A stretch of 64,000 nt of DNA, from positions 110,672,001 to 110,736,000 of the forward strand of contig NC_086097.1 in the NCBI RefSeq assembly GCF_963921235.1, written 5' to 3'. The position numbers and the translations under genes are program-made. The stretch comes from Mobula hypostoma (lineage: Eukaryota). This document shows positions 47,231-59,659 of this stretch, in pieces (the stretch's first letter is position 1; each line of letters starts with the position of its first letter). Below the pieces are notes generated by a model. The model saw only the letters and a program-made list of their open reading frames with translations, made no database searches and was not told the origin of the DNA.

Positions 47231-48253
47231 AGGATTGACCATTCTTCTCCCGTACAGATGATCCCAATTTGAGTGCGCACAGTGGCAAATATTTCAATTT
47301 AGTACGAGTTGAGGTGGCCTATATATGGAGTCCTTCTATTCTTGCTCAGAAGAACAACAGCAGTAATTACCCTCCTGCCAGGATTAAACTCGATGCTTAA
47401 ACTGAACATTCTTAATTAGTTCCATTCACTTTTTAGTAACCGCAATCAGTGTTTGGATTCATGGAGGAGGATAAGTAAGAACTTTCCATAGTTTATTTTA
47501 TTTAATATTACTTAAAAATATCCACAGTGTATGATGTGTGATGAGTCATTTATTCCAATCCAAAGAAATATGATGCATAATATAGTAGCACTGAGTGAGG
47601 ATAATCAGTCTTTCGAGCCCGGGACAGCACCAGCTCCCCAGCTGTTAATTAAATAAAATTAAATTAAATTAAATTTCAGATGAAATCCACTTTATGGTTG
47701 TTGGTGTAACAGAAATTTGCCCTTACAAAATTCACAAGTCACTAGATAAAAATTGAGATAGGAGAAATAAAATATGTTCTCGTGGAATTTTTGGAAAAAA
47801 TTAGATATTAAATGAACTCAAGAGTTTTATCTTCCAAGCGGCATTTCTTGACACATGCGCATATGACATAGGGTTCGTGACAGGTTCAAAGTTCACATTA
47901 CATTTATTATCAAAGTACACATGCAGTATACAACCCTAAAATTCATCTTCCCCACAGGCAGTCACAGAACAAAGAAACTAACCCGCCAAAAGAAAAAATC
48001 AAACACCCTCCCCTCACGTGCAAAAATATCGTGCAAATGGCATTTTTTTTTAAGTGAGCAAAATATAGAATATAAAACGCAAAAGGCATATTTCAGTAGA
48101 GTTCAACTCAATGCTCATTACCTGCAGGCTGCCCCGATTCAAAAATCGCCCACAAGTAGTAACACAAAACAGAGCAACCAGAACACATCATAAACCAAAT
48201 CTACAATATGTGGCGATTAAACCTTGCTGGGACACTCTCCACCAGCAGCATCG

Positions 48254-48677
48254 GGGGGGGGAGGGGGGAGGGAGGGGGAGAGAAAAGAGAGACAGGGAGA
48301 GGGAGGGAGGGGAGAGAGAGAAGGAGGGAGGGGAGAGAGAGAGAGGGAGGGAGGGGAGAGAGAGAGAGAGGGAGGGAGGAGAGAGCGAGGGAGGGAGGGG
48401 GAGAGAGCGAGGGAGGGAGGGGGAGAGAGCGAGGGAGGGAAGGAGGGAGGGAGGAGAGAGAGAGGGAGGAGAAGGAGGGAGGGAGGAGAGTGAGAGGGAG
48501 TGAAGGAGGAGAGAGAGGGAGGGAAGGAGAGAGGGAGGGAGAGAGGGAGGGGAGTGAGAGGGAGGGAGGGAGGAGAGGGAGGGAGGAGTAAGAGAGGGAA
48601 GGAGGAGAGAGAGGGAGGGAGGGAGGAGAGAGAGCGGGAGGGAGGGAGAGGGCAAGGGAGAGGGAGAGGGAGAGGGG
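48254..48677 (+). repeat. Polypurine (GAGG/GA)n low-complexity tract, about 425 bp
   Basis: Almost exclusively G and A on the plus strand. Confidence 0.95.
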
Positions 48678-49799
48678 ATCACAGAGGTAGCACATTAGAT
48701 TAAAACATGCTGAAAGATAGCATGAAATTACTTTATATATATTTTTCATTCAAAGGTGAAATTGCTTAGCTCTAGATAATTCAGCACAAAGGCAATTCTC
48801 TATTGCAAGTCTGAAACACGTTGATGACAAGTATGGGCAGACAGCTGGTTACCAAGCATACAACTGGACAGCCAGACAGGTACAGTAATGTCCAACAGTC
48901 TGAATACATATCAACAGGCCTTTTCCACAACTGTGCAAATAGGGCAGGACACCCATGTGAAACAGCCCTTCTGCCCCATTTAAAGTGAGTTTAGCTCAGC
49001 AGGAGCCAGCCCTGGATATCTGGCACTAGCGAGTGTCTTCTAGTACAGACCCTACAAGTAAACACATCATGTCCTTAGTAATGAACAGCACTGAGCCGTC
49101 CAACACCTGATCACAGCCCCAACACAAGCATCAACCACACCCCACCGCCACCTGTTCCAGGGCAATCCACAAGGATTACAGAGGTTCATCAAAGGTGTAT
49201 TATAACATCTTTCTCCAAACGCCAGGTATGGAAAATAAATGCTCGCCTTGCCCTTGATGCTGAAGCAACGAAAGGTGGAATTTGTATGAAGGTTGGTACA
49301 AGGTGCAAGTCGATGGGACTAGGCAGTTTAAATGGCTCAGCCTGGATTCGATGGGCTGAAGGGCCTGTTTCCTGTGTTGTAGCTTCAACAACTCCATGAT
49401 CAAGTACTTAAGAAACTGGAGCAGAAGTTGGCCATTCAACCCCGCAAGCCATTCAGCAAAACGATGGCTGCACTACCTCATCCCTTCCTCTGAGTCAATA
49501 TTGCAGTGTCCACAATACTCTCACCTTTAAGATATTAGCAACTTTCCTCCTAAAATACCCCTAATGATCAAGAATTCACAAACACCTGGGGTAAAGAATA
49601 CCAGAATATAGTTTCTGTACTGCAGTTTCAAATGACCAACTTCTAAACTTGTAATTATATTTCCTGATTTGAGGTTCTCCCACAACCCTGTTATGTCTCT
49701 AAAGGATATTCTGTGTTTCAATAAGATCTTCCCTCATTCTTCTAAACGCCAAAGAATCAATTAGGCCCAGAGGAAAAAAATATGTTCTGTTGGGGACTT

Positions 49800-50230
49800 C
49801 AAGGGAATGGCTTTGGGCCTCTACTCACTGGAATTCCGAAGAAAGTGGGTGACCTCATTCAAACCTATTGAAAGTGAAAGACCTTGATACAGTGGATATT
49901 GAGAGGGCATTTCCTGTGGAGGGAGAGTCTAAAACACGGGACATAGCTTTCGAATAGAGGGCATCCTTTTAGAAAGGAGATGAGGAGGAATTTCTTTAGC
50001 CAGAGAATGGTGAATCTGTGGAATTTGTTGCTACAGACGACTGTGGAAGCCAAGTCAGTGGGCATGTTTAAGGCAGAGGTTGATAAACTCTTGATTAGTC
50101 AGTGCATGAAGGGTTATGGGACGAAGGCAGGTGATTGGGGCTCAGAGGGAAAATGGATCAGTCTTGATGACATGGTGGAACAGATTCGAAGGGCCAAATG
50201 GCCTAATTCTGCCCTTATGTCTTATGGTCT
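49800..50230 (+). mobile_element. CR1 3' end
   Basis: ORF 49980..50282 RRNFFSQRMVNLWNLL; TCTTATGGTCTT tail. Confidence 0.85.
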
Positions 50231-50859
50231 TGGAAAAGAGCAACAAGCTCAAGTCATGGGAAAACATTGCAGCAGAAAATGAGGGAAGTTGGTATTCTTC
50301 CCCTAGATAATCTGCATTTACATGGTCAATTGAAATCTGTTTGGGAGTAAGTAAACAATGGGATTGATTTAAACTACGATTCAGTCATGATTAAATAAAT
50401 GGAAAAATAGGCTCGAGGGTCTGAATACACTTTCCCCTTGGAGGAAGCAAAATGCAGATTGGATGACTGTCACATCAATTTTTGTATGTTCCTCCCACTC
50501 TAAACTATTTGTTTATGGCATCCTGACTGAAGATATAACGAAGAATGATACAGCACAGAAATAAGACCCTTCGGCCCACAATGGCACTGCCAACCACAAT
50601 GCTAAATTAAACTGAACTGATCTGCGAGCACATGATCTATATCCCTGTATTCCCTGCCTGTCCATGTGTCTGTCTGTGCCGACCAAACTCCACCAGCATG
50701 CCTGCCCCTGCTGCCACCACAGCAGTGCATTCCTGGGCCCTACCACATTGATAAATTTCAGCTGTTCCAACAATGGTCCAGTAAGTCAGAATTGTCGGGA
50801 ATACAGCAGAGAAACAACTTTCAGCCCACGCTGCTCCATCTACTTTTATAATTTTATTT

Positions 50860-51130
50860 TAGAGACACAGGCCCTTCCGGCCCACCGAGCCACACCGTCC
50901 AGCAACCCAAACAATTTATCCCTAGCCACAGGACAATTTACAGTGACCAATTAACCAAACAGCCAGCACACCTTTGGACTGTGGGAGGAAATCAGAGCAT
51001 CTGGAGGAAACCCACATGCACACGAGAAGAACGTACAAACTCCCCTACACAGGATGCTGGAACTGAACTCCGAATTCCAATGTGGAGCTGTAATAGTGTC
51101 GCACTAACACAACGCCACCATATGCTAACC
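50860..51130 (-). mobile_element. tRNA-derived SINE (HE1/V-SINE-like); related fragments at about 42090-42350 and 51700-51900
   Basis: Core TTTGGACTGTGGGAGGAAA..GAGCA.CTGGAGGAAACCCA...ACGTACAAACTCC, typical of fish V-SINEs in reverse orientation. Confidence 0.6.
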
Positions 51131-51999
51131 CCATCTTATTCCCATGAACTCCACCACAACCGCCAGATTCTACACTTACTACATAGTAGGGACAATTTAC
51201 TACGGCTGATTAATTTGTTGAATGCGGAATTGAAATCCAAAAACAGCATTCTAACATATCCAAGTGTCCTTGTTTTCTAGGTGTCTGGGCCAGGTACATG
51301 ACAAATGCTATGACGTCTGTCGTAGAATGGTTCGGTCAGTAAGCATATCAACATCCTATCACTTCAACCCTCAACCCCTTGTCCTGTACATCCCATTTTT
51401 TCATCTCTCTTCCAGCCCTATGCAACTTCAAACTATTTATTTCCCAGTGCTAGTAAAGGGTTTTCCAAACTAAAATGCTGACATCGTCTTTCCAAAGATG
51501 CTGCCTGAGCTGCTGAGTGTTTCCAGCATTTTTGGTTTTCATTTCAGATCAACATCATCTGCAGATTTTTGATTTACATGCACTGCAGGCTCCAATATGT
51601 TTGTTCAATTCCGGATCTACTTATCAAAGCTTTCCTTGTATTTCAGTGGTAGAGAAGAAAATGCCATTTGGCCTATTGAGTACATGCTAGCCATCAAATC
51701 CTACAGCAATTGAATGTTTTTTTTATTCTGTACACTTTCTGATGACCTCCTCCTAGATTCTACCATACACCTATAAACTTGGGGCAAATTGCAACAGCTC
51801 GCTAACCCATCAAATTGTATCCCTCTGACAACATGTGGGAGAAAACCAGGGCATCTGAGGTCAGGATCTGGAGCTCCAGTGTTCCAAGATGCTACTTGCC
51901 GAATTTTTTTTAACATAATCAATTTTATGTCTCTTCTTATCTCTTCGTATCATCAATAAAGGAAACCAAAGGCAATCACGGCAAACGAAAATTTACGTA

Positions 52000-52064
52000 C
52001 AGTACTGTGCAAAAGTCTTAGGCACACATACAGCAAGGCTGCTTAAGACTTTTATACAGTACTA
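52000..52064. mobile_element. Tiny Tc1-type MITE flanked by TA
   Basis: CAGTACTGTGCAAAAGTCTTAG / TTAAGACTTTTATACAGTACT inverted ends. Confidence 0.65.
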
Positions 52065-53222
52065 TATTTGTCAACGTGGAGCATAGAGCCAGTTAGTAAG
52101 TCTGGAGGGAGCAAAGGATGTTGGGAATGATGAGGGTGTAGCGCCACAGGAGGGGTGTGGGACATGTGGCAGAGAAGAAGAGGGGTGCAGGGTCAGGGAG
52201 GGGGGCACATTGAGTGCAGTCACACCTTGCTCTGAAACACCAGGCAAGGTCCTTTGTGTCCAAACAATTTTATTGATCATTACAGAATGCCTCTCTGGTG
52301 CTTCTCCCTCATTCCCCTTTTCCTGCCCCTTCCTACTCTCCATCCACAATAGAGACCCATATAAGAATCAGGTTTATCATAACTCACCAGTCATGAAGTT
52401 TGTTTGTTTTTTGCCACAGCAGTACAGTGCAATAATAAACCAATAAATCAAATATGTAAGGAGAGAACTAATGGGCTTAATAAGAAAACGCTGCCCTTTG
52501 ACAATGATCAGCAGCAAATCAAATATGCCAAGAAATTAACATCCTTTGAAAGCTTGAGTGTATCATTTCCCATAAGGCCAGAACTACTCCTGCCCAAAGC
52601 TTCTAATCAATGGAAAAAGATTTTCTGACATATAGAGCTCAGGTACAAGGCAAAGGTCTGTATAGGGTAGAGAGAACACAACCATTATCCTGCTGTGGGA
52701 CTCCAATAAGAGGTGAATTACCATTCTTTACTTCCCTCATGTTAGTTTTGGCTTACGTTAAGGCATTTACAGTAAGAGTTAATCTGCCTTAAAATAGCAA
52801 TCAGCATTCATACCAGACTTTGCCAAGTGGAAAGTATGTCCAACTTGTACAAAAACTATTTAAACATGAACAAGGCTGAAGGAATAAAAGGAATCCCATT
52901 GAACATCCAACTCAATTAATTGCACAAATTAGTACCATTCTGACCAACAAGTTTATATATTTTTTTTAAAAATACAAATACTAATCATCTCATTGATAGT
53001 TATTGAAAACAAGATATTTGTACATGTCAAGGCTGATCAGTATATTGTCTGACAGCTGTTTAAAGTGGGTTAACCATAAATATCAGAGTGATTCAGTCCT
53101 ACGTTCGTAAAACAACAAACACCATGAATCCATCAACAAGCAGTTCAACCACCCAGGAAGTGCTATTGAGCACAAAAAAAAAAGAATACTGAGCCCAGAA
53201 CATGTTATCTTCAGATTCTTAC

Positions 53223-53377
53223 CTATTTCACCAGGGACCTGCTTGCCATGAAAGCGAAAACAAGTAGTGACATTTAGGCAGTTGAACGACTGCAAGCCAT
53301 CATGGCACTGTGGAGCTGTGATGTTAATTGAGCCAGGAAGAAGGATAACAATCTCCATAGTAATAACTGGACGAGCT
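53223..53377 (-). CDS. ITGA9: Integrin alpha-9 exon (155 nt, phase 2 to 1), start of thigh domain: (R)ARPVITMEIVILLPGSINITAPQCHDGLQSFNCLNVTTCFRFHGKQVPGEI(E)
   Basis: Overlaps ORF 53083..53358(-). Acceptor tttcttgttttcAG, donor TAG|GTaaga. The ARPV motif and LPGSINITAPQCHDG..NCLNVTTCF.FHGK.VPGEI match ITGA9 rather than ITGA4. Confidence 0.96.
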
Positions 53378-54019
53378 CTGAAAACAAGAAATAAAACATT
53401 TTTAACATTCAGTCAATGAATCATGGAAGAAATTCTCCTTTTTCATGCTTCTTGAGTAATTAGAAGGAAATTGGTATAAATGCCAAAATATAGATTCATA
53501 GAGTCCTTCCAAGCTGCCAATGTTTGCCTGCATTTGGTCCAAATTCCTGCCCACGTACCCATCCAAATCGCTTTGCCCCTCTCATCCTAAACCAATGCTC
53601 ACTCCCTAGTTCTAGACATTGCCATCCTAGTTTTAAACCTCCATATCTCTGCCACAAACTATATTCTGGAGGAACTCAGCGGATCAGGCAGCAGTCCTGT
53701 TGCAAGATATCAATCTGAAACATTAACAATTTATTTCCTCCTACAGGTGCTGGCTCGATTTGCTGAGTCCCACCAGCACAATGTTTGTTACGGTGTTTCA
53801 GCTCCCATAGTCTCTTGTGTCTCCAACTTATTTATGCCCCTCAAAGTTAGCCCTCACTCGCTTCAGGGAAATCAATTCTAGCCTTTCTGGTCTCTGCTTT
53901 TAACTCAAGCTCACCAGTCCTAGTAAAGCTGTTCTAAATCTCCACTGCACTCTCGCTAGCATAATTACATTAGAACTAAGAAACAGGAGCAGGAGTAGAC
54001 CATCTGGCCTGTTGGCATA

Positions 54020-55170
54020 CAGTTTGATTAGAAGTTTAATTACTCCAACCAAACCAACTGAAATGAGTGTTGCTGCTAGTGTGAATGTAATGCAGCAGCA
54101 TTTACAACTGAAATCATTGTTGATTGCACTGAGAGTTCGATTAGTTTTGAAACCCAGCAAGAAAATATTCAAAAGCAGCTCCTAACAGAGGACAACTCAC
54201 ATTTAAAAGAACAGTTGAAATCGCTGTATCAATGGAAACAGCAGCCAGAGATGCAAGTGAGCTAGAGTCAGGAGTGAAAGTGAGTGTAAACAAAATTGCA
54301 ACGTCTAAACAGAAACCTGCCTGACCAAAGAAATTGTGTTACTGTTGCAGCAGGGGCTCACATTCACCAGACCAATGCAGGTTTAAAGGCAAAACTTGCA
54401 GAAAATGCAAAGTAGGACACATACAAAGAGCATGTAGGCAGACAAAAATAAATAGACTGCACAGGGAACAGAAAAAAAATAAAGAATCAAGAGCACTAAT
54501 TTGCATGCTGTTGATGAAAACTTTTATAATGATGAGTGTGACAGGGGATGGAGTAGCCTCGGGATTTACAATGTGAAATTTAACAAGAGCCAAGCAATAT
54601 GGCTAACACCAGAAGTGAACGGCAAACTAATTAAAATGGAATTGGACACTGGCTTGGCTTTTTCAGTTATTCCAGAAAATGAATTTGAACAGCATTTCGA
54701 AGATGCTGAACTGAAGCCTGTAGATATCCAACTAAGAACTTATACTGGAGAAAAGATAACTCCTGTGGGAATGACATTCATAATACTGAAATACAACAAC
54801 CAACAAGCCACATTGGGCTTGTATGTAGTATAAAGAAAGGGCCAGCATTGTGAGACCATGATTGGCTGAGACAACTACAATGTAAGTAGAGATCCATCTA
54901 CCATTTGCATGCCACGTCCTCTGCAATAGAGTCAACAGAAAGCAAATTAAGAAAGGTACTAGATGATCTACTGCAGTTTTTAAGGATGGCGTAAGCAAAC
55001 TCAAACATATCAAGAATAAAATAGTGTTAAATGAAAATGCCATGCCTATGTTTTACAAAGCATGTCTGGTTACTTATACTAACCATGATAAAGCAGCTAG
55101 AGAGCCAGATCACATGGAAGCTGAGGAAAATTTTCTAAGGCTGAGTGGAGCCCAAGGGCAATGTGAGTGG
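54020..55170 (+). mobile_element. Gypsy LTR-retrotransposon internal relic (gag zinc knuckles, protease, start of pol)
   Basis: ORF 54334..54576 (CYCC..SH...C, CRKCKVGHIQRAC) and ORF 54501..54833 (KMELDTG protease motif). Confidence 0.88.
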
Positions 55171-55645
55171 TCACAGTAGCCAATCATGTGGCAGCAACCC
55201 TGCATAAAAGCATGCAGATATGATCACAAGGCTCAGTTGCTGTTCAGACCAAACCGCAGAATGGGGAAGAAATATGACTTAAGCCATAGAAAGATTGTTG
55301 CTGCCAGACAGGGTAGTTTGAGTATCTCAGAACCTGAGATTTTCACACACAACAGTCTCTAGAGTTTACACAGAATGGAGCAAAAAAACAAAACAAAAAA
55401 AAAATCCAATGAGTGGCAGTTCTGTGAGTGAAAACAGCTTGTTAATGAGAGAGCTCAGAGGAGAATGGCCAGACTGGTTCAAGCTGACAGAAAGGTGACA
55501 TTAACTCAAATAACCATGTGTTACACCAGTGTGGTGAAGACGAGCACCTCTTTATGCACAGCACATCAATCCTTGAACTGGATGGGCTACAACAGCAGGA
55601 AAACAACTGGATTGCACTCCTGTCCTAATGAAGTGGACACAGAGT
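55170..55645 (+). mobile_element. Tc1-family transposon relic
   Basis: ORF 55465..55686 (ARLVQADRKVTLTQIT) and a terminal CCTAATGAAGTGGACACAGAGTG-TA. Confidence 0.7.
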
Positions 55646-55948
55646 GTATATTGAGACTTTGGAAAGAGCACAGAGGAAATATATAACAATATAAAAATAT
55701 GAATTTCTAGAGTCAATGGGACTAGGCAGTTTCAATTGTTCAGCATGGACTAGATGGGCCAGAGGGCCAGTTTCTGTGCTGTACTTTTCTAATGACTCTA
55801 TAAAATGGAGAATCTGCAACTAGTAGGAATAATCTCCATAAGACAGAAAACATGTTTGAGACATCAAAAGGATTTGTAAAAGTTGATGAAGTTATATTTT
55901 GCAGGTTTTGATCAGTAGTTGGGAAGAGTCATAGAAAAGTACAGCATA

Positions 55949-56265
55949 CGAGGGGTGATTGATAAGTTCATGGCCTAAGGTAGGAGGACTCAATTTTAGA
56001 AAACATAGCACATTTATTTTTCAACATAGTCCCCTCCTACATTTACACACTTAGTCCAGCGGTTGTGGAGCATACAGATCTTGGACCTCCAGAAAGTGCC
56101 CACAGCAGGGGTGATTGATAAGTTCATGGCCTAAGGGACGGAGATGAGTTATACAGCTCTCTTTCATGCACACACGGTTCAACTCTTTCAATGATTATGC
56201 GGAAAGTTGTAAGTTAATAGCTCATCTCCTTCTACCTTAGGCCACGAATTTATCAATCACCCCTG
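55949..56265. mobile_element. mariner-type MITE with an internal extra TIR copy
   Basis: TA-CGAGGGGTGATTGATAAGTTCATGGCCTAAGG, an internal copy at about 56107, and an inverted copy ending at 56265. Interrupts a CR1 3' end. Confidence 0.7.
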
Positions 56266-56963
56266 ATGAGTTATTAACATTCCCTTGTTCCCCCTTAAAC
56301 ATTTCATCTTTCATCCTTAACCCATGACCCCTGGTTGTAGTCCCACCCAACCTCAATGGAAAAAGTCTGCTTGCATTTACCCTATCTGTACCTCTCATAA
56401 TTTTGTATACCTCTATCAAAACTCCCCTCAATCCTCTACAGTAGATATGCAAACTCAATCTATTTTGCTAGTTTCAGAACTGAAATTTGAATAGTCTTTG
56501 AAAACATTATAAATCTTTAACAAATTATTTTTGTTATAATACTATTAAGAACATTGGCACAAAGTAAAAGAAAATCAGCATATGATCCTGACCTTCCTTA
56601 TGCTACTAATTTATTGTTAAATTAATGTGATTGCAGAGAGTGAAGGCAAGAAAAGACAGCACATATAACAATAATTCACACTGGCCAGTTTTTGGCTGAG
56701 TGAGTTTAAGGGGGGGCCAAGTGGTTTATTCCTGCTCATAACTCATATGCAAGTTATGTAAGCTATTGATAATATATGCCTACAGCATACTTTGAGCAGA
56801 AAATCCCTCCAACATAAATACTTTATGAGAAAAAATGCTGATGCCTGGAAGTCAGTAAAAATACAAACGTCTTTACCATAACCTTTCATGGGAAAAGCTT
56901 AGACTATTCTTTTTGGAAGGTGGATGGGCCAACTGTATACATATCCAGCATTATGTAATTTTG

Positions 56964-57198
56964 CAAACACGAGGAATTCTGCAGATGCTGGAAATTCAAG
57001 CAACACACATCAAAGTTGCTGGTGAGCGCAGCAGGCCAGGCAGCATCTCCAGGAGGAGGTACAGTCGACATTTCAGGCCGAGACCTGAAACCTGAAACCC
57101 TTCCTGACGAAGGATCTCGGCCTGAAACGTCCACTGTATCTCCTCCTAGAGATGTTGCCTGGCCTGCTGCGTTCACCAGCAACTTTGATGTGTGTTGC
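56964..57198. mobile_element. Penelope-derived fold-back element with 13-bp TSD TTATGTAATTTTG
   Basis: TSD at 56951-56963 and 57199-57211; inverted arms 56998-57083 and 57115-57200; CTGACGA..GAAA core at about 57104-57127. Confidence 0.9.
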
Positions 57199-57338
57199 TT
57201 ATGTAATTTTGTTTCAGATTATCAGTAACATTACTATTTTCTTTAAAAATCAAAAAGCTGATTTCTAAGAAGCACGATAAGCCAATAAACAGCAATAATT
57301 CAATACAGTAGCAATTCAAAAACAACTTTGAAGTACAG

Positions 57339-58274
57339 TGTGACGAAAGAGGGTTACAAAAAGTACACATAGACTAAGATGTTAACTGTCCTGTGCTGGC
57401 ACCAGTGGGATCAGCAGTTGATCTGCCACCTGTCTTCAGGAGAAAGAGAGATAAGGAAGACAATGGAGCAGCATTTGGAAATGTTAATGAAGAGACGAGA
57501 GAGTTTAACGGAAGGAGACACCGGTCTGAGAACTGTCAAGATCGGCTCCTTTTTGAACCCTGAACTGTTTGAAGTGTGATGGACAGGCGATACCCCAGCA
57601 GGGGGATAAAAAGGAACAGGTTCGCTAAGGCAGGACACACACGACACCACGAGGTAACGAGACCCTGGAAGCAGTGCGCCTCCCACAAGTCGGTGGGAGT
57701 CGTTGGAGGTCTGGTCGCGGGACCAGCCAGAGACGCACAGGGTAGAAAGGTACAGATCGGTCGGAACCTGGTGTGTGTGTCCACCCTTGCCTGGGTGCTG
57801 GGTTCATCGTGGAAGAACGATCGTATCTGAAATGGAGGGGTCACAGTCGGTGACCTCAGAAGACATTACAAAGGGCTCGCCCGAAAGCTGACTGCGAGGA
57901 ATATCGAAGGTCTGTGTGGAAGCAGTTTTGAATATTCATTCGCTTTCGCTCTCTCTCCTCCACCCCCCCCCCCCCCAGTCCACCGGCACGGCAGTGATTA
58001 CTGTGAACTGAACGGAATCAATTGAACTGAACTTTGCGTCACTTTGAAACTGGTCATTTACCCCTAGATGACGATAGAGCTTGATTGATCCTACTATCCT
58101 AGTTCTGTGTACATGTGTGTTTATCATTGCTGAACTGTTGTATTTATTATCCTTTTGATTAGAGTACTGTGTTGCTTATTTCTTTAATTAAACTTTCTTA
58201 GTTCCAGTAATCCAGACTCCAACTGAGTGATCCATTTCTGCTGGTTTGGCAACCCAGTTACGGGGTACGTAACA
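57339..58274 (+). mobile_element. Gypsy-type solo LTR (936 bp) with 4-bp TSD ACAG
   Basis: TGTGACG...CGTAACA inverted termini; ACAG at 57335-57338 and 58275-58278. Confidence 0.85.
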
Positions 58275-58299
58275 ACAGAAAGAAACAAACAGTTCTTAC

Positions 58300-58345
58300 C
58301 TCAGCAGAACCACACTGTCTGACGTGAAGGCACCAATGGTTACAT
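58300..58345 (-). CDS. ITGA9: Integrin alpha-9 small exon (46 nt, phase 1 to 2): (D)VTIGAFTSDSVVLL(R)
   Basis: Acceptor ctttcattccAG, donor GAG|GTaaga. Phases join exactly to both neighbouring exons. Matches the recalled ITGA9 DVTVGAFMSDSVVLLR. Confidence 0.95.
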
Positions 58346-58759
58346 CTGGAATGAAAGCAGACAGTCTAATAAAATTTCCCAAATCATTTCACAGTTTCAA
58401 AGTTACAGAATATTTTTCTCCCAATGAATGGCGTAAAGGTACAAGCACTTGTGAGAATTTTTCATGCTACTACTTAAGGGCCACCTTGACAAGTATGTCC
58501 GGGAGTAAAGTTTCAAACAGCGGGGCTTAGAAATTGCTTAAGCATTAAACCAGAATTGGAGGTCACTCTAACTGTAAACTCATGACCATTTTGTGGAACA
58601 CCTATGGTGTGTGCAAACCCATGATCTTGAGCTTCCATTTCCATACTTTACCAAGAACTGAGGAAAGGTGAACCAGAGGAGAAATCTAGCTGTACAGGTG
58701 AATGTGTGTGGGGAAAATCAATACTGGGCTGTCAGTGACCCGAGCAGAATATGAGATAT

Positions 58760-59060
58760 TTGTGTTTGGCCTCACACATTTTGAGAGATGTTTCACACTA
58801 GAACTGGAGGTCATAGGTTAAGAGTGAAAGGTGAAATATTTAAGAGGAACTTGAGGATGGTGTGAGTGAGAAACAAGCTGGCAGCGGATGTGATGGATGC
58901 GGGTTCGATTGCAACGTAAAAGAGAAGACTGGATAAGTAAGCATAGAGGAGGGGTATGGCGGGTGATGGTCCAGGTATGGGTTAATGGGACTAGGCAGAA
59001 TAACAGTTCAGCATGTACTATATGAATTAAAGGGCCTGTTCCTGTGCTCTGGCACTCTAA
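58760..59060 (+). mobile_element. CR1 3' end, degraded
   Basis: GGTCATAGGTTAAGAGTGAAAGGTGAAA..GGGCCTGTT 3' UTR pattern shared with other CR1 ends in the window. Confidence 0.65.
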
Positions 59061-59659
59061 CTCACTGCAGCAATGGAGAAGGCTGAGGAGAGACATGTTG
59101 GTGTGGGATTGGGAAGGAGAGTTGAAATAACATTTAGCTCCAAGATCAAGATGCACAGGTGTTCCACAAAACAGTCACCAGTCCCACAGAAGGGTCTCAG
59201 CCAGAAATATTGACTGTTTGTTTAGTTTCATAGATGAGTTCCTCCAACATTTTGTGTGTTTTGCTCTAGATTTTCAACATCTGCAGACTTTGTGATTATG
59301 AGTCACTAATCTAAACGGTTTCCCAATGTAGGTAGTTCCCTGAGTCATCCAATTCCCCCCACATCCCAAAAACGTGCTGGCTGTTGAGTTAATGGGCTAC
59401 TCTGGACAGCATCCAGTCTAGGTGGATGGCTAGGTGCAAGAAATTAAGTTACCGGTGAACAATTAAGGGGATTGGATTGCTCTCAATCAGCTAAACTAGG
59501 AAAATCATCACTAGGAAAAACAAAATATGGAATATGGAAAAGGTTGTTTCTGGGTGAAAAGGGAAAGTTCTGCTCCTCTCTCCTACAAAGATTTCCTTCT
59601 GTCCATCTCTTTCATCATACTCACTCACACTGGCTTTTGTTTTCCTTCTGGTCTTCATA

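Noticed and set aside
48111..48749. Long Glu/Arg/Gly-rich or Pro/Ser/Leu-rich ORFs
   Set aside because: Translations of the polypurine tract.
53083..53222. ORF-track C-terminal extension KNLKITCSG... as coding
   Set aside because: Read-through past a canonical GTAAGA donor; integrin similarity ends at the donor.
53223..53377. ITGA4 as the host gene
   Set aside because: LPGSINITAPQCHDG and ADV.KKEKG match recalled ITGA9; ITGA4 differs strongly in this segment.
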